From Nitrospinaceae bacterium (GTDB lineage: Bacteria; Nitrospinota; Nitrospinia; Nitrospinales; Nitrospinaceae): a DNA stretch of 64,000 nt. The notes beneath the pieces are model-generated. The model had not been told where the DNA came from and did no database searches. It saw nothing but the letters and a program-made list of their open reading frames with translations. Shown piece by piece: positions 60,086-64,000 of this stretch (positions are counted from its first letter, which is position 1; each line of letters opens with the position of its first letter). The translations under genes were made by a program, and so were the position numbers. Where the stretch lies: contig OZ245011.1 in assembly GCA_965223665.1 (NCBI GenBank), positions 2,976,001 to 3,040,000 of the forward strand, read 5' to 3'.

Positions 60086-60241
60086 AAAATTGACCTGGCA
60101 ATGGGTGAAACAGAGTGAAATAATCTGATTAAGAAAATAGCATAAAAACTGTTTAAATACAATTAATTATGATATTAATGGTAGGTGTTCAGGGTGTTTC
60201 AGGAGGGGTCACCAATATTCAGCATATTTCAAACATGGACC

Positions 60242-60289
60242 GATTCGTAATCAGTAGGTCAGCGGTTCAATTCCGCTCGGTGGCTCCAT
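60242..60289 (+). repeat. att core, right copy (duplicated tRNA 3' end)
   Basis: 48-bp identity with 45196-45243. Confidence 0.95.
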
Positions 60290-60501
60290 TAAATCCCTAA
60301 AAATTTAAATATATATAGACCATTGTCTTATTAATTGGAAACGCCTGTTTAAAAATAATAAAGTGAAAATAAGGGTTGGAATCCAATAAAATAATTGGAC
60401 CGTAGCGGGAGTAATACAATACAAATCAACTTCATATGAAAGTAGGTTAAACACCACCATGAAATTATATAAATTTCTGGAACAAGCCATGTGGAGAACA
60501 T

Positions 60502-60731
60502 ATGGATATTAATATTATTCTTGCACTAAATTTTTAGCAATTACTCTTTTAGAGACCTTATCACCTGGACCCACATTTGCCTTAGTCGTACAAGCTAGAA
60601 TAAGTGAAAAAGAATCTGATATTAATAAGCTTTTAAGTGGAATAACTTTAGCAAATCTATTATGGGTCATTCTTGTTATTAATGAATACGAATGGTTTTT
60701 AACTTTAGGAATTGAAATTAAAAAAATATAA
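60502..60731 (+). pseudogene. LysE/RhtB-family translocator remnant
   Basis: GGAGA-ATG frame stops after 11 codons; a shifted frame reads FLAITLLETLSPGPTFALVVQA...SGITLANLLWVIL, then stops at 60731. Confidence 0.55.
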
Positions 60732-61481
60732 TCAATCAAATTCCAATAACTCTACCTAACAGTCATAAGAATAGAATTAATATTTCTTTAATCTCATTAA
60801 GGGTATCAACCATTTTCCTGGATTATGTTTATTGGCGAAAAGGGGTATACTTCTTGTTTGTTATTATCATATTATTACCAATAAACCCCTGAAATTTTTT
60901 TATTAAAATTATACTTTTCAAAGTTTATCCATTTTACTCGACCACTTAAGGCCAAAGTTTTAATTCATGTGATTTAGAAACATATTGGATTAGAGATGAT
61001 TATTATAGGTAAGAAGTGTTATATAGTTTCGAGTAATTCCAGGTGATGTTTCGTTAAAGGGAGGTTTGGTTTTAAAGGGCCAATGTAAACAAGAAGTCTC
61101 ACAGAGTCTTAATTAATTACCAAAAAATCTGCAATTTATTTTTTTCTTTCCAAAGCTCAAAGTAACAACAATTCAAATTTATAACGTTTTCTACTTGTTC
61201 TCACCCTCTAAAAACGTCAATAAATTTTTAAAAATTTTTAACTTTACTTATGGAACACCTTTCTTAGGTGAAGCGGTCAATTAGGAACGGTATGAATTTA
61301 AATTTTGAGTTTGTATTCCTTTTTTATTGGAACTTTAAGGCATGAAAAAATCAGCTTAATTAAATCATTAAAAATAAACTTGTTAATCCATTTTCGATAC
61401 CAATCTTTCTTTCCTACGATTTTTCCTACTTTAAATTGGCTAGTTTTAGCCCAATACTTTCAAGTACTTAAAAAAAAGTAT

Positions 61482-61510
61482 TTGACAATTTTGACTTATT
61501 TCCCTAGTGT
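61482..61510 (+). promoter_or_regulatory. Candidate sigma70 promoter
   Basis: TTGACA-N17-TAGTGT, about 200 bp upstream of the large secreted-protein gene. Confidence 0.4.
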
Positions 61511-61716
61511 TTGGCTTACTGAATTAATTTTCGCTATATAGAATTTTAATTTGTATTTTTATTCCGCTAATGAAGTTCAATGGGAGGGAGAGATAGGTCT
61601 TAACTATTTATAATATAGTTGATTATGGCCATTGAGCTCCTGGGTTGCAAAGTGCATCCTGTTTCCCTCCTCACAAAATATATTTTTACTATTTCCTAAT
61701 TTATAGGTGATTCCAA

Positions 61717-64000
61717 ATGAATAAAAGGCTGATGTATCCGTTTCTTTTCCTTTGTTTGTTGATTCAAACTTTAGGATCTCCTTTTGAAAGTTTTGCCCAG
61801 ACCCTCAAGCGTGGTCCTTATTTACAGCAGGGAACATCCAACAGCATGATCATTAAATGGCGGGTGCCGAGTGATCAATCGGACTTTAATACAGTCTATT
61901 ATGGAACGTCTCAAAACAGTCTTTTGAGTTCTGCTGTATCTGTTAGCCCCACAAACCTGAGTTTGGATGGGACTGCACTCACCGAAATGGAAACCACCTT
62001 ATCTGGTTTGGCCGAGAATTCGGTGTATCACTACGCTATCGGAAACGCTGCCGGTCCGTTGCCGAAAACATCGGCTCGTGGAAGCTTTATCACCGCACCT
62101 GCCAACGGAACCTCGCAAGCCACGCGTATTTGGGTACTGGGGAATTCCGGAATAGAAAATAACAACTCTGAAAATGTGAAGAACGGATTTCGCACGTATT
62201 CCCAATTGCGTTCGCCCAATTTACTTTTGATGTTGGGCGACAATGGGATGACGGAGGGAACCGATTCGGAATATCAAGTGGCTGTGTTTGATCAATATGG
62301 GAACTATTTGCGCGATGCTCCCCTATGGCCGACATTGGGAGATGCTGAAGGTAACAGTTCAGATGCATCAGCCCAAACCGGAGCATATTTTAATATTTTT
62401 AATCTGCCCAAAAATGCGGAAGCGGGTGGAGTGGCTTCCGGAACAGAGTCGTATTACTCCTACAATTATGCCAACATTCATTTTGTCGTATTAAATTCCG
62501 CCGGCGCTGATCGGTCTCCGGGCAGTCCTATGTTGACTTGGCTGAACAGCGACCTGGCGGTTAACTCTCAGGAATGGACCATCGCCTACTGGCACCATCC
62601 GCCTTATTCGAAGGGGGACCACGATTCCGATACCGAGATTGAATCGAAAGAGATGCGGGAAAACGTTCTTCCCATTTTGGAAAAGTATGGAGTCGATCTT
62701 GTATTATCAGGACGCAGTCACTCTTATGAGCGCTCGGCGTTTTTAAAAAATCATAATGGCGATTCCGGAACGTTCAATGAAATCACACATCAGATCAACG
62801 GGGGAAACGGACGATCTCTTCCCGAAGAAGGAGCCGATGGCTCTTATAGTAAATCCTTCGTCGATGGCCAAAAAGAGTCCAACAGCGGAACGGTTTATTC
62901 CGTGGTGGGGAGCTCCAGTTTGCTGGAAGAGGGTTCTTTGAACCATCCGGCGATGGTCGTTTCTCTTAAAAAGTTAGGTTCCATGGTATTAGATATTACC
63001 GGAAACCGCCTGGAAGCAATTTTTCTCGATTCCATGGCGCAAGTTGAAGACAAGTTTTCAATTGTACATACCCCGGATGCTCAAGCTCCGCAAATTTTTG
63101 GAGCGCAGTCTTTAAATACTTCCACCGTGAACATTCAGTTCTCCGAGCCTGTGGAAAAAGATTCTGCCGAGGATATTTCTAATTATTCTTTAAACAACGA
63201 AGCGACCCTCGTTTCTGCTACCCGATTGGACGACCCGCGTGTAGTGCAGTTGGTGACATCGGAGCTAGATCCAAACGTCATCCATATATTAAATGTGGTT
63301 AACGTCAAAGATGAAACTGCCCAGGTTGGTATTGCCGCTCCCGGCATTAAAATTAAATTTGTTCCCAATATTTCCACGTCAATGCAGCAAGGGGTTCTGC
63401 CGGATGAAAATTACTCAGGAGCACAGGACGCATACGTAAACTCGTCAGACCCGGAAACGAATTATGGTGAGACGACTTCTCTTTCCGCATGGAACAGCGT
63501 GGACGAAACCGGGGATGCTTCTCGATCACTTGCTCTATTGCAGTGGGATTTATCCTCAGTGCCCGAAGATTCTGTGGTTCAATTCGCCAACCTTTCAGTC
63601 AATGTGACCGAAGCCAGTTCCGGACAAAGTTTTCTTTACGAAGCAAAAACATCCTGGAAGGAAGGAACGGTGAATTGGAACACCTTTGCGGATCCGGCCA
63701 CGAAAGGCGATACCATTTTGGGCACCCTGGAGCCGGGTGAAGCAGGCAGCCATACTATTCACTTGAATCAAGCGGGACGACAACTGGTTCAGGATTGGAT
63801 TGACGGTAACATTGCCAATAACGGATTTATTTTGCAGGGAGACGCAACGGAAGATCTATTAAGTTTCGATTCCAGTGAAGTGGCCACGCCGGAGGATCGG
63901 CCTCGATTGCAGGTTTTGGTGACCACGGCTCAAGGAGATGAAATCTCCAAGGAACTTGGGTTGGATCAAACCATCGATCATGAAGAAGGTGATGGTTCTG
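61717..64000 (+). CDS. Large secreted protein: purple-acid-phosphatase-like domain (degenerate) + Ig-like + DNRLRE domain; continues beyond window
   Basis: Manual translation open from ATG 61717 to the window end: signal peptide, RGPYLQ, RIWVLGNSG, LGDNG, WHHPPY, SGRSHSYER, QFSEPV, DAYV..LLQWDLSSVP..NNGF..RPRL. Absent from the ORF track because there is no stop in the window. Confidence 0.85.
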   Translation, partial: MNKRLMYPFLFLCLLIQTLGSPFESFAQTLKRGPYLQQGTSNSMIIKWRVPSDQSDFNTVYYGTSQNSLLSSAVSVSPTNLSLDGTALTEMETTLSGLAENSVYHYAIGNAAGPLPKTSARGSFITAPANGTSQATRIWVLGNSGIENNNSENVKNGFRTYSQLRSPNLLLMLGDNGMTEGTDSEYQVAVFDQYGNYLRDAPLWPTLGDAEGNSSDASAQTGAYFNIFNLPKNAEAGGVASGTESYYSYNYANIHFVVLNSAGADRSPGSPMLTWLNSDLAVNSQEWTIAYWHHPPYSKGDHDSDTEIESKEMRENVLPILEKYGVDLVLSGRSHSYERSAFLKNHNGDSGTFNEITHQINGGNGRSLPEEGADGSYSKSFVDGQKESNSGTVYSVVGSSSLLEEGSLNHPAMVVSLKKLGSMVLDITGNRLEAIFLDSMAQVEDKFSIVHTPDAQAPQIFGAQSLNTSTVNIQFSEPVEKDSAEDISNYSLNNEATLVSATRLDDPRVVQLVTSELDPNVIHILNVVNVKDETAQVGIAAPGIKIKFVPNISTSMQQGVLPDENYSGAQDAYVNSSDPETNYGETTSLSAWNSVDETGDASRSLALLQWDLSSVPEDSVVQFANLSVNVTEASSGQSFLYEAKTSWKEGTVNWNTFADPATKGDTILGTLEPGEAGSHTIHLNQAGRQLVQDWIDGNIANNGFILQGDATEDLLSFDSSEVATPEDRPRLQVLVTTAQGDEISKELGLDQTIDHEEGDGS

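Noticed and set aside
60242-60289. Third tRNA gene
   Set aside because: Only the 3' 47 nt of the tRNA are present; it is the att duplication.
61967-63783. Short track ORFs at the window end
   Set aside because: All overlap the long open frame 61717->64000.

Overview
Low-GC bacterial chromosome segment, most likely from a marine nitrite oxidiser of the phylum Nitrospinota. This assignment is inferred from a contiguous periplasmic-type nxrA-nxrB-nxrC operon at 26.6-32.6 kb. Core content: lnt, aspC-type aminotransferase, coaD, tag, a flgFGAHIJ-NKL flagellar cluster with sigma54-type promoters, two tRNA-Thr genes, signalling genes and large secreted proteins. Two ORFs are missing from the supplied track because they run off the window: an HD-GYP protein (<1-785, minus strand) and a large secreted phosphatase-fold/DNRLRE protein (61717->64000). 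Both have substituted catalytic residues. The main accessory feature is a ~15.0 kb phage-satellite-like element integrated in tRNA-Thr(CGT). It has a 48-bp att duplication, arm-type sites, a tyrosine integrase, AlpA, a primase-helicase and an HGGxSTG protein. Its cargo (51.2-58.6 kb) is an array of six unrelated, mostly defence-like genes. Every gene boundary carries a copy of an imperfect palindrome (GTCCGCTWT-K-GGYCG...AGCGGAC) that is not an attC site and not a CRISPR repeat. One copy is split by a 140-bp MITE with a GGCC duplication, and one gene still carries a decayed integron attC site. This repeat-delimited, cassette-like array is the best candidate for an undescribed gene-capture system. 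All calls come from reading the sequence and recalled motifs; no database searches were run.
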